A stretch of DNA of 64,000 bases from an uncultured Acidobacteriota bacterium (GCA_963801475.1 CAWDEX010000002.1:115873-179872); one strand, 5' to 3'. Positions 27,009 through 37,062 are shown, counted from the stretch's first letter. Translations and numbers: made by a program. Notes: generated by a model not told the origin, from the sequence alone.

Positions 27009-27701
27009 TCAGCGCCGCTTCCGGTACGGCCCCTCGGGCCCCAGCTCCGACGCGCCGACGAGCCCGGAATGGTAGAGGCGCGCGTCGACGCGCGAGAGAC
27101 CTCGTACCTGCGCGCGGGTCAGGAGCGGGTGGAATCGCCGCGTCGCGATCCAGTCGGCCACGTCGCAGATGTTTCCCTCCGCCGTCTCCCACCTCTTCGC
27201 GTCGAACCGCGAGAGATCCACCGGACGGGTGAAGGTGCGGAGGGTCCGCTCGCCGGACGGGCTGTAGTAGTCCTCGAAGTAGGAGAGGACCAGCTCGCGA
27301 ACCGTGCGATAGACGGCGGAGCGGTACCGCAGCCCGGCGTAGTTCGACTTCGCGACGGCTCCCCATGACCGCCGTCCCCGGCCGTCCGGCGTGGCGAAGA
27401 GCGCGACGACGTGGTCCGTGTCCCGGACGGCCCGGAGCTGGATCACGAGAGGCCTGCGTCCGTGGAAGCGGAGGGCGGCCGCCGCGAAGATGGAGCCCTC
27501 GCCGCAGTGGGCGATCCGGTCGCGGAGGACGGCGCGCGGGGACCGGCAGGTTTCGCCGCCCTTCTCGTGGTTGTAGCCCACCTCCTCGTCGAGGAAGCGC
27601 TGGATCCTCTCCGGGGTCGACAGCTTCGCGAGGACCCGACGCTCCTCTGCGAACCAGCCGTATTCCGGCGGCCTCTCTCGATCCGTTCCCGGTTTCGCCA
27701 T
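27009..27701 (-). CDS. Hypothetical protein, possible papain/transglutaminase-like cysteine-peptidase fold
   Basis: This is the C-terminal part of artefactual ORF 27009..28271, starting at MAKPGTD. Candidate catalytic residues are Cys (HCGEGSIFAAA) followed by TDHVVALF. Fold-level guess only. Confidence 0.3.
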   Translation of the reverse strand: MAKPGTDRERPPEYGWFAEERRVLAKLSTPERIQRFLDEEVGYNHEKGGETCRSPRAVLRDRIAHCGEGSIFAAAALRFHGRRPLVIQLRAVRDTDHVVALFATPDGRGRRSWGAVAKSNYAGLRYRSAVYRTVRELVLSYFEDYYSPSGERTLRTFTRPVDLSRFDAKRWETAEGNICDVADWIATRRFHPLLTRAQVRGLSRVDARLYHSGLVGASELGPEGPYRKRR

Positions 27702-27740
27702 CGACGGCCGGGATTCTAAAGGCCTCCCTACAATCAGGCC

Positions 27741-28505
27741 GTGAAGAGCGACGAGGGCCGCGTCCGCTTCGAAGGCGGCTTCGGTCTTTTCCCCGGTCTT
27801 CCGGGGGGCGTCGTGGCCGGCTTCACGACGCGCACGTGCGGAACGACGGCGGCCGCGCCCCAGCTCGCCCGCGGCCTTGCGAAGGCGCTCGGGGCGCCGT
27901 CGGCCCGGATCGCGCTCGTCCGGCAGGCCCACGGCCGGCAGGTCCTCGTCGTCGACGGCGCGGCGGCCGGTCGCGGGGACGACGTCGTCGGGGTCGGGGA
28001 CGCGCTGATGACGCGAGAGGAGGGGATCCTTCTCGGCGTCCAGTCGGCCGACTGTGTCCCCATCCTCCTGGCCGACGCCGCCGGGGTGTGGATCGCGGCC
28101 GTGCACGCCGGCTGGAGGGGCACCGCGGCGCGCATTCTCGACGCCGTCCTCGATCTTCTCGAGGAAAAAGACGTCCCCGCCTCGCGCCTCGTCGCCGCGA
28201 TCGGCCCCCGCATCTCTCAAGGCGAATACGAGGTCGGCCCGGAGGTGGTCGAGACGTTGAATGGCGCCCACGGCGACGTCGCCGTGCCGCCCGGCGCCGT
28301 CCGGCCCGGCCGCGGCGACCGCGCGTTTCTCGACGTCGCCGCGTTCAACACGGCTCTCCTCGTCGCCCGCGGCGTTCCGCCCGGCCGGATCCTCGACGCC
28401 TCTCTCTGCACCGCCGCGCGCCCCGACCTCTTCCCCTCCTACCGCCGCGACGGGAAAGGCGCCGGGCGCATCGTGACGGGGATCCTTCGGCGGCCACCCG
28501 ACTGA
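27741..28505 (+). CDS. pgeF: PgeF/YfiH family peptidoglycan-editing factor (purine nucleoside phosphorylase/laccase-domain protein)
   Basis: Motif SADCVPILL ... HAGWRG is the hallmark of the YfiH family. Confidence 0.85.
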   Translation: MKSDEGRVRFEGGFGLFPGLPGGVVAGFTTRTCGTTAAAPQLARGLAKALGAPSARIALVRQAHGRQVLVVDGAAAGRGDDVVGVGDALMTREEGILLGVQSADCVPILLADAAGVWIAAVHAGWRGTAARILDAVLDLLEEKDVPASRLVAAIGPRISQGEYEVGPEVVETLNGAHGDVAVPPGAVRPGRGDRAFLDVAAFNTALLVARGVPPGRILDASLCTAARPDLFPSYRRDGKGAGRIVTGILRRPPD

Positions 28506-28529
28506 GCGGCACCGTTCGAACCTCCTTCG

Positions 28530-29630
28530 TCACGGGGCGGTGGAGCCGCCCTCCCGACGGTTCCCGCGGGGCGTCTCGCGCCCCTTGAGCTGTCCGCAGG
28601 CGGCATCGGCCTGAAGACCCTTCGACCAGCGAACCGTCACGTCGACGCTCGCCTGCGAGAGGGTGCGGGCGAACGCGTCGACGACCGCCGGCGAGGGGCG
28701 CTTCAGGCCCGGCAGCCACTTCGCCGATTCGTTGAGCGGAATCAGGTTCACCTTCGACGGGAGCTGGCGCGCCAGGGCCACGAGCCGGCGGGCCATCTCG
28801 GGCGAGTCGTTGACCCCCGCGATCAGGACCCACTCGAACGTGATCCGGCGCCCCTTCTCGAGCGGCCACGCCTTCAGCGCGGCGAAGAGCCGGGCGAGCG
28901 GGTACGTCCTGTTGACCGGCATGAGCCGGCTCCGCGTGGTGTCGTCCGCCGCCGACAGCGACACCGCCAGATTCGGCAGGGACGGACGGCCGGCCAGCGC
29001 CTCGATGCCCGGCACGATCCCCGCCGTCGAAAGCGTCGTTCGCCGCGGCGCGACCTCGCGGCCGAGAAGGTCCAGCGCGACCGAGACGTTCGCGACGTTC
29101 AGGAGAGGCTCGCCCATCCCCATGAAGACGACGTTCGCCTCGCGGGGGCCGAAACGTCTCTCGCGGGCGAGAACCAGGTACTGTCCGACGATCTCTCCCG
29201 CCGTCAGGTTCCGCCCGGCTCCCAGCCGCCCCGTGACGCAGAAGATGCAGTCGACGGCGCAGCCCGCCTGGGCGGAGAGACAGATCGTGATCCGGGTCCC
29301 CGGCGCGCTCTCCGAGGCCTCGGCGGCCGGACGGCGCTTCGAGTCGACCATGTAGACCGCTTCGACGCGCACACCGTCGGCGAGCTCGAGGAGGAACTTC
29401 TCCGCGCCGTCCACCGAGGGCGAACGCCTGGAGACCCGCGGCAGCCCGATTTCGAACCGATCCGCGAGGGCCTCCCGCATCGCCCGCGGCAGGTCCGTCA
29501 TCTCCGAAAACGACGCGGCCCGCCGTTCCCAGATCCAGCGCTGGATCTGGGCGGCCCGGTAGGGCTCGGGAGCGACCTCGCGGATCGCGCGCGTCAGGTC
29601 GAGGAGCGACAGCCCGAGCACGTCCTGCAC
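28530..29630 (-). CDS. rlmN: 23S rRNA (adenine2503-C2)/tRNA methyltransferase RlmN (radical SAM)
   Basis: This is the C-terminal 366 aa of artefactual ORF 28530..31976. CxxxCxxC appears as CAVDCIFC. Has GMGEPLLN and the C-terminal Cys of the RlmN/Cfr family. The probable GTG start gives an N-terminus of xQDVLGLSLLDL. Confidence 0.9.
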   Translation of the reverse strand: MQDVLGLSLLDLTRAIREVAPEPYRAAQIQRWIWERRAASFSEMTDLPRAMREALADRFEIGLPRVSRRSPSVDGAEKFLLELADGVRVEAVYMVDSKRRPAAEASESAPGTRITICLSAQAGCAVDCIFCVTGRLGAGRNLTAGEIVGQYLVLARERRFGPREANVVFMGMGEPLLNVANVSVALDLLGREVAPRRTTLSTAGIVPGIEALAGRPSLPNLAVSLSAADDTTRSRLMPVNRTYPLARLFAALKAWPLEKGRRITFEWVLIAGVNDSPEMARRLVALARQLPSKVNLIPLNESAKWLPGLKRPSPAVVDAFARTLSQASVDVTVRWSKGLQADAACGQLKGRETPRGNRREGGSTAP

Positions 29631-29665
29631 GGAGAGATTATCCGGGCGCCGGACCCGAGGCCGGC

Positions 29666-30040
29666 CTAGCCCTTCCGGGAGACCGTGGAGCGGATCGTGA
29701 CCGTGGAGGCCGGTCGGCGCCTCGTCCGGGCAGGGCGCGTCGGATCGATGCCGAGCGAGCGGAGGAGGTTCAGGTCCTTCACGTCGATCTTGAAGGTCGC
29801 CGACTCGCCGTCGCCCCGTGCGCCCGGAGGCGCTCCGCGCCGGATGGAAGGGAGCGCCGCCGAGGAGCGCCGGCCGCGGCGGTCGAGCGCGACGGTCGCG
29901 TCGAGAACGAGGTACGCGTCGTAGCCCTCGGCCTTCACCTTCGCCAGAATCTCGTGGACCTTCGCCGAGGCGGACACCGCCTCGTTGAGCGCCGTCCCGA
30001 GGTCGCGAAGGTGCGCGCGGACCCTGTCGTCGATCGCCAT
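29666..30040 (-). CDS. Hypothetical protein, 124 aa
   Basis: Starts at MAIDDRVRAHL, which is M33 of ORF 29666..30136. No recognisable motif. Confidence 0.4.
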   Translation of the reverse strand: MAIDDRVRAHLRDLGTALNEAVSASAKVHEILAKVKAEGYDAYLVLDATVALDRRGRRSSAALPSIRRGAPPGARGDGESATFKIDVKDLNLLRSLGIDPTRPARTRRRPASTVTIRSTVSRKG

Positions 30041-30185
30041 GCCGCGGGCACTGTAGGACCGTCCGCTCCGCCGAGTCAATCGCCGGCGCATGTTCCTCGC
30101 GCGAACGAGCGCCGGCGGCGCGCGGCGGGCGTACAATCCCCCGCTTTCGCTTCCCGTTGAGAACGGCTCTAGACTCGCCCCTCCG

Positions 30186-32170
30186 ATGACCGCCCCGCGC
30201 TACGCGTCCCTCCGTCCCCGCTTCGAGCCGTTCCTCCTCTCCGTGGAGCGGCCGGGGCGCTATCTCGGCCTGGAGAGGAACGTGACTCGGAAGGACCTCG
30301 CGTCGTGCGCCGTGACGATCTGCCTCGCCTTCCCCGACACCTACGAGATCGGGATGAGCCACACGGGGACGAAGATCCTCTACGAGATCGTGAACCGTCG
30401 GGAAGCGTGGGCCTGCGAGCGGACCTACGCCCCGTGGGTCGATTTCGAGGCCGTCCTCCGCCGGGAGGCGATCCCGCTGTTCGCCGTCGAGTCGGCGGCG
30501 CCCGTCCGCGACTTCGACGTCGTCGGCTTCTCGCTCCAGAGCGAGCTGAACTACACGAACGTCCCGAACCTTCTCGACCTCTCCGGGGTCCCGGTCCTCG
30601 CGGCGGAGCGGGGGGACGGCGACCCGCTCGTCATCGGCGGGGGGCCGTGCGTCGCGAACCCCGAGCCGGTGGCGGACTTCTTCGACCTCTTCCTGATCGG
30701 CGACGGCGAGGAGGCCTTCCCGCGCTTCCTGGAGGAGGTCGAGCGGACGAAAGGGCTCTCCCGCCACGAGCGCCTCCTCCGTTTCGCGGCGACTCCCGGG
30801 CTCTACGTCCCGTCCCTCTACGACGTCGACTACGACGGCGACAGGATCGCCTCGATCCGCCCGAACGCTCCGGGCGTGCCGCGGCACGCCTCGCGCGTCT
30901 GGGTCGAGAAGCTCTCGGCCGAGGTCTACGCGGACAAGCCGATGGTCCCGTCCGTCGAGATCGTCCAGGACCGGCTCGGCCTCGAGATCATGCGCGGCTG
31001 CACGCAGGGCTGCCGCTTCTGCCAGGCCGGTTACTGGTACCGCCCCGTCCGCGAGCTGGACCCGGCCGACGTCGCCCGCGCCACGAAGGCCTTCATCGAC
31101 GAGGCCGGGTGGAGCGAGGTCGGACTCCTCTCGCTCTCCTCCGCCGACTACTCGCAGATCGAGCCGCTGGTCGCCTGTCTCGCGCCCGAGCTCGCGAAGA
31201 CGAAGGTCTCCATCTCGCTCCCGTCGCTCCGGGCCGAGGCGTTCTCGGTCGCCCTCGCCGATGCCGTCTCGGAGGTCCGGAAGTCGGGCTTCACCTTCGC
31301 CCCCGAGACGGGCTCCGACCGCCTTCGTCGGGTCATCAACAAGACGTTCACGAACGAGGACATGGTGAGGGCGGCTGACGTCGCCTTCGGACGTGGCTGG
31401 GACCTGATCAAGGTCTACACGATGATCGGCCTCCCGACCGAGACCGACGCGGACCTCGATGAGCTCGTGACGCTCGTGAAGAACATCCTCGCCGAGGGGC
31501 GGAGGCACGGGATCCGGCCGACCGTCCACGTCTCGATCGGTTCCTTCGTCCCGAAGAGCTTCACGCCGTTCCAGTGGTGCCCCTTCGACGGCGTCGAGAC
31601 GCTGGAGCGGAAGCTCGCCTACCTGAAGGAGAGCTTCCGGAGCGTGAAGGGGGCGAAGCTGAAGTGGCACGCCCCGAAGGAGGCCGAGATCGAGGCGCTC
31701 CTCTCGCTCGGCGACCGCCGGATGGCGAAGGCCCTCCTCGAAGTCTGGAAGCGCGGCGGGCGGTTCGACGGCTGGTCGGAGCATTTCTCGTGGGAGAGCT
31801 GGAACGAGGCGCTCGCGGCGGCCGGCGTCCCCAAGGAGCGTCACCTCCGCCCTAAGGACCTGAAGGAGACCCTTCCGTGGGACGTCCTGGACGCCTTCAT
31901 CCGGAAGCCCTTCCTCGTCGTCGAGTGGAAGAAGGCTCTCCAGGAAGGCGGGACGGAGGACTGCAAGTGGGGGCACTGTACTGCTTGCGGTGTCCCCGGC
32001 AACGGGGAGGACACGGTGCTCGCCACCCCCCTTCCGGGGGATTTCTCCTTCGGAGGGAAGACCAGCCTCCCGGCTCTCGCGCCCGCGCCGGCCGCGCCGG
32101 CCGCAGCCGCCGCGTACCGGACGAAGGCGACCCCGGACCTCCCCCCCTCCGGGAACGGCGGAGGGTGGGC
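30186..32170 (+). CDS. B12-binding-domain radical SAM protein (TIGR03960-like). The 3' end is uncertain because of an apparent frameshift
   Basis: Starts at MTAPRY, which is M33 of ORF 30090..32423. The B12-binding-like N-domain has DTYEIGMSH. The radical SAM site is MRGCTQGCRFCQAG. After about 32150 the frame-0 translation becomes low-complexity while frame 2 encodes the partner domain. Confidence 0.65.
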
Positions 32171-32704
32171 GATGGTACCGCCGTGCCGGTGCCCGAGACC
32201 GCCCGGACGTACCGCGTCTCGTTCGAGAAGCTGGGCGACGCGAGGTACCTGTCGCACCGGAACGTCATGGACCTCTTCGAGCGCGCCTTCCGCGCCGCCC
32301 GCGCCCCGATCCGTTACACCGAGGGCTACAACCCGCACATCCGGATGTCGATGGGACCGGCCCTTCCCCTCGGCCAGGAATCGAGACACGAGTTGTTCGA
32401 CGTCGATCTGCTCGACGCGCTGACGGACGGGCACCTCGCCGCCGTGAACGCCCGCCTTCCCGACGGCGTCCGGGTCACCGGCTGGTCGGAGCTTCCGGCC
32501 GGCGCCCGCTCCCTCGGCAAGGCGGCGACGGAGGCGGTCTACCGTTTCGTCCTTCCGGACGGCGAAACGCGCGTCGAACGGCTCCGGATCGCCGGCGACG
32601 GCGCGACGACGCCGAAGCGCTTCCTCGAGTCGACGTACGGCCTCGCCCCGGAGGACCAGCACGCCATCCGCGTCGTCCGGGAAGAAACCGTTCTCAGCGC
32701 TTAG
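32165..32704 (+). CDS. DUF2344 / TIGR03936-like radical-SAM-associated protein (separate gene or frameshifted C-terminal domain)
   Basis: Frame-2 ORF with YRVSFEKLGDARYLSHRNVMDLFERAFRRA, typical of DUF2344. Candidate GTG starts lie at about 32165 and 32183. Confidence 0.55.
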   Translation: MGDGTAVPVPETARTYRVSFEKLGDARYLSHRNVMDLFERAFRAARAPIRYTEGYNPHIRMSMGPALPLGQESRHELFDVDLLDALTDGHLAAVNARLPDGVRVTGWSELPAGARSLGKAATEAVYRFVLPDGETRVERLRIAGDGATTPKRFLESTYGLAPEDQHAIRVVREETVLSA

Positions 32705-32713
32705 ACTGGGCGC

Positions 32714-33088
32714 ATGGGCTGGACCGTCCGCTGCCACGCGACCTTCGAGGCGGCGCATCATCTCGTCGACTATGTGGGCGGACCCGAGCCGGTGCACGGG
32801 CACTCGTGGAAGATCGAGGTCGCCCTCGGCGTCGAGGCGCTCGGCGCGTACGACCTCTCGGTCGACTTCGTCCCGACGGAGGCGCTCGTGAAGGAACTCG
32901 CCTCTCGCCTCCACAACCGGGACCTCAACACGGTCTCCCCCTTCGACCGGCAGAACCCGAGCGCCGAGAACGTCGCTCTCTGGGTGGCCGAGCAGATCCA
33001 GAGGGCGGGACTCCTGAAGGACGGCATCCGGCTGGAGCAGGTCACCGTTTGGGAGGGCCCGCGAAACAACGTGACATTCAGGCCATGA
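32714..33088 (+). CDS. queD: 6-carboxy-5,6,7,8-tetrahydropterin synthase QueD (PTPS family)
   Basis: Motif CHATFEAAHHL...HGHSW (Zn site and catalytic Cys). 124 aa. Confidence 0.85.
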   Translation: MGWTVRCHATFEAAHHLVDYVGGPEPVHGHSWKIEVALGVEALGAYDLSVDFVPTEALVKELASRLHNRDLNTVSPFDRQNPSAENVALWVAEQIQRAGLLKDGIRLEQVTVWEGPRNNVTFRP

Positions 33089-33160
33089 CACCTCACATCA
33101 GCACCGACGCGGGGGGTCCGGGGGCGCAAGGGAACGCGCCCCCCGGCGATCCAGCGTAAC

Positions 33161-33949
33161 GTGCGAGCCATGAGCGATCTCACCCTTCTCTGCATCCACG
33201 GTTACCCGCTCGATCACCGCATGTGGGGGCCGCTCGCCGAGCGGCTCGAGAGAGTCCGGTCCTGTCACGTCGTGGCACCCGACCTCCGCGGCCGAGGCTC
33301 GTCGCGTTGGCCGGCGGCCGACGTCCACGCGATGTCGCTCTTCGCCGACGACCTGGCCGCCGACCTGAAGTCGCTCGTCCCGGGCGATGCGCCGTTTCTC
33401 CTCTGCGGCCTCTCGATGGGAGGCTATGTCTCGTTCGAGTTCCTCCGGCGCCACGGCGGGCGGCTGCGAAAGCGGCTGAAAGGGCTCGTCCTTTGCGACA
33501 CGCGGGCGGCCGGGGACGACGACGCGGGACGGGCGAAGCGGAAGGAGGCGATCGAGGCGATCCGGAGAAACGGCATCGGCGCCGCATTCGAGGCGATGGC
33601 GCCGAAGCTCCTTTCGCCGAAGTCGAAGGGGACGTCCGCCGAATCGCTCGTCCGCGAGATGATCCTCGGGACGCCGCCGGCGACGGCGGCAGCGGACCTC
33701 GCCGGGCTCGCCCTGCGGAGCGACGGCTTCGACGTCCTCGGCGCTTTCGACCGTCCTGTTCTCGTCGTCTGCGGCGACGACGACGCGATCACGCCGGTCG
33801 CCGACGCCGAGGCGATAGCCGCCGCCTGTCAGAACGCCCCGTTCGTCCGCCTTCTCACCGTGCCGAAGGCCGGCCACATGGCGCCGCTGGAGAACCCCGA
33901 CGACGTCGCCGGAGCGATCGTGGACCTTATTTCCCGGTTGCCGGCGTGA
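33161..33949 (+). CDS. Alpha/beta-fold hydrolase
   Basis: Motifs HGYP, nucleophile elbow GLSMGG, and a C-terminal GHM. Confidence 0.8.
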   Translation: MRAMSDLTLLCIHGYPLDHRMWGPLAERLERVRSCHVVAPDLRGRGSSRWPAADVHAMSLFADDLAADLKSLVPGDAPFLLCGLSMGGYVSFEFLRRHGGRLRKRLKGLVLCDTRAAGDDDAGRAKRKEAIEAIRRNGIGAAFEAMAPKLLSPKSKGTSAESLVREMILGTPPATAAADLAGLALRSDGFDVLGAFDRPVLVVCGDDDAITPVADAEAIAAACQNAPFVRLLTVPKAGHMAPLENPDDVAGAIVDLISRLPA

Positions 33950-35804
33950 GCGAGGGGAGCATCGTCAGGGGCGCGGGGGTCGCCGACCGCGCCGCGGCAG
34001 GGAGCTCCACCGGCGGGGCCGACGGGCTGTAGGCCGGGAGCGGGATCCGCGCGCCGCCCGCGTACACGGGGTGGCGTCCCTTCTCCCGGTACCACTGGGC
34101 CAGCGTCGCGCTCTGGTGCATCTCCTCGACGATCTTCCGCCAGCCGGCTCCCGTGTTGTAGGCGCAGAAGGAGATCTCGCCGAGCTGCGTGCCGTACGGA
34201 ATGATGCACATCTCCGTCCGACGGAAGTCGTAGTTGAAGAGGTCCTGGAACCACATCCCGGCCACGAGTAGGACGCGCCACGGGTGCCGGCCGGACTTCG
34301 AGATCCCCATCGACTTCCCCGTGTGGCCGTCGAGGACCTTCAGGGTCTCGAAGAGGCCGAGGTTCTCCGGCACGCCGTCCGGGCGGATGTTCCGGGCCAC
34401 GGCGAGAGCCGTCTGGAGAACCGTCAGGAACTTCCCGCGCGCGGCGTCCGTGATGGCGGTCAGGTCGCGCAGGAGCCGGTCGGCATCGAGGACCTGCGTC
34501 ACGGGGACCGCCTGTCCGGTCTCCGGGCGGACGAGGAGCATCGTCGCGATGCCGCAGTTCGGGTGGCAGCCGCACTTGAGCGAGCCCCACTCGGCCTCCA
34601 GCCCGCCGAGGAGATCCCGCAGGTCGCTGAAGGGTCCGGAGGCGGACAGGGGGAACCAGTCCCGCATCGGCTCGCCGATCCCGGCCTGCGCCTTCACGTC
34701 GTGGGCGAGGTGGGAGAGGGTGTAGCGCTGCTTCTTCCGCGTCTCGTCGTCGATCTCCTCGTCCCGCCCCGTGAAGGAGACCGGCTGGAAGGAGAGCGCG
34801 TTGATCTTGTCGACGTTCCGGACGGCGAACCGGATGATCTCGCCCACCTGGCCGTCGTTCACGCCGTTGACAATGGTGATGACCAGCGTCGCGTCGATCC
34901 CGGCCGCCTTGAGCGCGTCGAGGGCCGCCAGCTTCACGTCGTAGAGATTCGAGACGCCGCGGTGCCCGTTCACGTCGTTGCCGACGCCGTCGAACTGGAG
35001 GTAGGCGAGACGAAGCCCCGCCCCTGCGGCGGCCTGTGCGAATTCCGGCTCCTGGGCGAACCGGACGCCGTTCGTGGCGCACTGGACGGAGAAGTACCCC
35101 AGCTCGCGCGCGTACCGGATCGCCGGCAGGAAGTGCGGCGAGAGCGTCGGCTCGCCGCCGGAGAACTGGACCGACATCTGCCGGCGCGGCCTGATGGACG
35201 CCGCGTTGTCCAGGATCTCCTTGATGTCCTCCCACGTCAGCTCGTGGACGTAGCCGACCTGGTTCGCGTCCATGAAGCACGGGTTGCACATCATGTTGCA
35301 CCGGTTCGTCAGATCGACCGTGAGGACGGCGCCGCGGCCGTGGCGCATCGACGAGGATCCGTGGTCGTGCAGGGCGTCCTTCGCGATCTTCACGTCGCGG
35401 CCGAAGAAGTTCTCCTCCAGCCGGGCGAAGAAGGCGGCGTCGGTCGACATCAGGTCCTCGAAGGTGCCGTGTTCCGGACACGTCTTGACCATCCAGATCT
35501 GGCTTCCCCGCTGGACGATGTCGGCCGGGATCTCGCCCGGGCGCCCATCGATCAGGTCCCGGAGCTCGCGTCTTCCGCCCAGGATGTCGTCGCGGACCTC
35601 CTTCGTGCAGGTCGGGCAGAGGGAGTCCGTCCGGCGGGGGAAGCCGAGAGGCGGCTTCGTGCGCTCCCAGCTCTTCGGAAGTGGTTCCGGCGACCACGAA
35701 GGCTGGAACGAACGGGCCGGCAGGCGCCGGTTGGCCCACTGGAACCCCGTCCAGGCAACAGTCGCCGTCCCGCGGATCATCCGGTAGAACGCCGTCTTCC
35801 TCAT
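33927..35804 (-). CDS. Large radical SAM enzyme (625 aa) with N-terminal Cys4 zinc-ribbon/rubredoxin-like motif and C-terminal Cys-rich auxiliary-cluster region. The architecture is reminiscent of tetraether lipid synthase (Tes/GDGT-MAS); family not confirmed
   Basis: Motifs CPTCTKE...KTCPEHG (N-terminal), VDLTNRCNMMCNPCF (CX3CX2C), SGGEPTL, and C-terminal LKCGCHPNCG plus MCIIPYG...FCAYNTG. Overlaps the 3' end of the hydrolase gene by 23 nt (convergent). Confidence 0.5.
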   Translation of the reverse strand: MRKTAFYRMIRGTATVAWTGFQWANRRLPARSFQPSWSPEPLPKSWERTKPPLGFPRRTDSLCPTCTKEVRDDILGGRRELRDLIDGRPGEIPADIVQRGSQIWMVKTCPEHGTFEDLMSTDAAFFARLEENFFGRDVKIAKDALHDHGSSSMRHGRGAVLTVDLTNRCNMMCNPCFMDANQVGYVHELTWEDIKEILDNAASIRPRRQMSVQFSGGEPTLSPHFLPAIRYARELGYFSVQCATNGVRFAQEPEFAQAAAGAGLRLAYLQFDGVGNDVNGHRGVSNLYDVKLAALDALKAAGIDATLVITIVNGVNDGQVGEIIRFAVRNVDKINALSFQPVSFTGRDEEIDDETRKKQRYTLSHLAHDVKAQAGIGEPMRDWFPLSASGPFSDLRDLLGGLEAEWGSLKCGCHPNCGIATMLLVRPETGQAVPVTQVLDADRLLRDLTAITDAARGKFLTVLQTALAVARNIRPDGVPENLGLFETLKVLDGHTGKSMGISKSGRHPWRVLLVAGMWFQDLFNYDFRRTEMCIIPYGTQLGEISFCAYNTGAGWRKIVEEMHQSATLAQWYREKGRHPVYAGGARIPLPAYSPSAPPVELPAAARSATPAPLTMLPSLTPATGK

Positions 35805-35917
35805 CGAATGCCCTCTGTCATGCCCCCTTCGACGCCCCGGCCGGTTCGCTCCGGTCCGGGCTGCGAACGAGTCGCATCGACCGGGAAGGACACAACATTA
35901 ACATGGGCGAGGGGGGC

Positions 35918-37015
35918 TCAGAGGCCGAATCGGGCCGGCGAGAACGGTCCGGGCGGGAGAGGTGGTGTCTTGCCGGTCAGGAGATCGGCCAGGAGGAGCG
36001 CGGCCGCCGGGGCGAGGAGGATCTCGTCGCGCCCGTCGCCGGCCGCCGCCACGAGACCCGCGAGGTTCGTCTCCCCGAGAATCGGCCCGCCGTCGGGGGA
36101 TCCAGCCGACGGCCACGACCACGCGGCGAGAACCGGGTAACCGGCCACCGCAGGGACGAGCCGGGCGGCTTCGACGAGGAGCTCCGCGGCCTCGCCCGCC
36201 GTGAGGCGCCCGTCGAGTCCCTCGCCGCTTCCGGGGCCCGTGACGACGAGCGTACCGTCACGGCGCGGTACGAGGCTGCAGCGTCTTCCGTGGACGAAAC
36301 GCGAAAGACGCTCGGGGTCGGCCGCGGCGTCGAGGAGGAGGAGGGGCGTCCGGACCGGCTCGACGGGCAGCGGCGGCGCACCCGCCAGAAGGCCCGCCCG
36401 GGCGCCCGCCGCATTCACGACGACCTCCGCGCGGACGAGGCCGCGCATGGTCTCGACGCCGGCCACGCAGCCGTTCTCGACACGGACGGCCCCCGGAGCC
36501 GCCTGCTCGGCCACCATGACCCCCGCGCGGTGAGCCGCGAGGACGACGGCTCTAAGGAGGCGTGGCGGCGGCAGCTGACCGTCGTCCGGGAACGAGAAGG
36601 CGGCCCGAACCTCGCCGGAAAGGCCCGGCTCTCGGCCGCGCACCTCCTCGCCCGGCAGCACCTCGAACGCCAGCGCCCGGGACCGCTGCCAGTCGAGGGC
36701 ACGATCGAGAACGACTTCCTCTGCCTCGGTGAGGGCTACCGCGAGGCCGCCGCGGACGTCGTACTCGCACGGAAAGCCCGTCTCCACCTCCAGGAGCTCG
36801 ATCCAGTCGCCCCAGAGCCGGCGGGAGAGGAGCGTCAGGTCGCGAAGCGGTTCGGGCGCCGGGCCGGGGCGTGACTGCGCGTCGACGAAGCCGGCGGGAC
36901 CCGAGGCGGGTGACACCGCGCCGGTGGAAGCACCGTCACCGACGACCATCGTCTCGACGCCGCGGCGTGCCAGCTCGAACGCCAGAGCGAAACCGAGAAG
37001 CCCCGCTCCTGCCAC
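35918..37015 (-). CDS. FAD-dependent oxidoreductase (DAO/ThiO glycine-oxidase-like)
   Basis: N-terminal GAGLLG dinucleotide-binding motif. DAO-family length. The printed sequence suggests a GTG start near 37006. Confidence 0.75.
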   Translation of the reverse strand: MAGAGLLGFALAFELARRGVETMVVGDGASTGAVSPASGPAGFVDAQSRPGPAPEPLRDLTLLSRRLWGDWIELLEVETGFPCEYDVRGGLAVALTEAEEVVLDRALDWQRSRALAFEVLPGEEVRGREPGLSGEVRAAFSFPDDGQLPPPRLLRAVVLAAHRAGVMVAEQAAPGAVRVENGCVAGVETMRGLVRAEVVVNAAGARAGLLAGAPPLPVEPVRTPLLLLDAAADPERLSRFVHGRRCSLVPRRDGTLVVTGPGSGEGLDGRLTAGEAAELLVEAARLVPAVAGYPVLAAWSWPSAGSPDGGPILGETNLAGLVAAAGDGRDEILLAPAAALLLADLLTGKTPPLPPGPFSPARFGL

Positions 37016-37062
37016 GACGACGTCGGCGCGCGCCGGAAGCGGCGGCCCGTCGGTCCGGCGGC

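Noticed and set aside
28530-31976. 1148-aa minus-strand ORF
   Set aside because: Only the C-terminal 366 aa correspond to RlmN. The remainder is antisense to the well-supported radical SAM gene on the plus strand.
33927-35804. Calling this radical SAM gene queE because queD is adjacent
   Set aside because: It is three times too large and has extra Cys clusters. A bona fide queE with QueE motifs is at 51684-52352.
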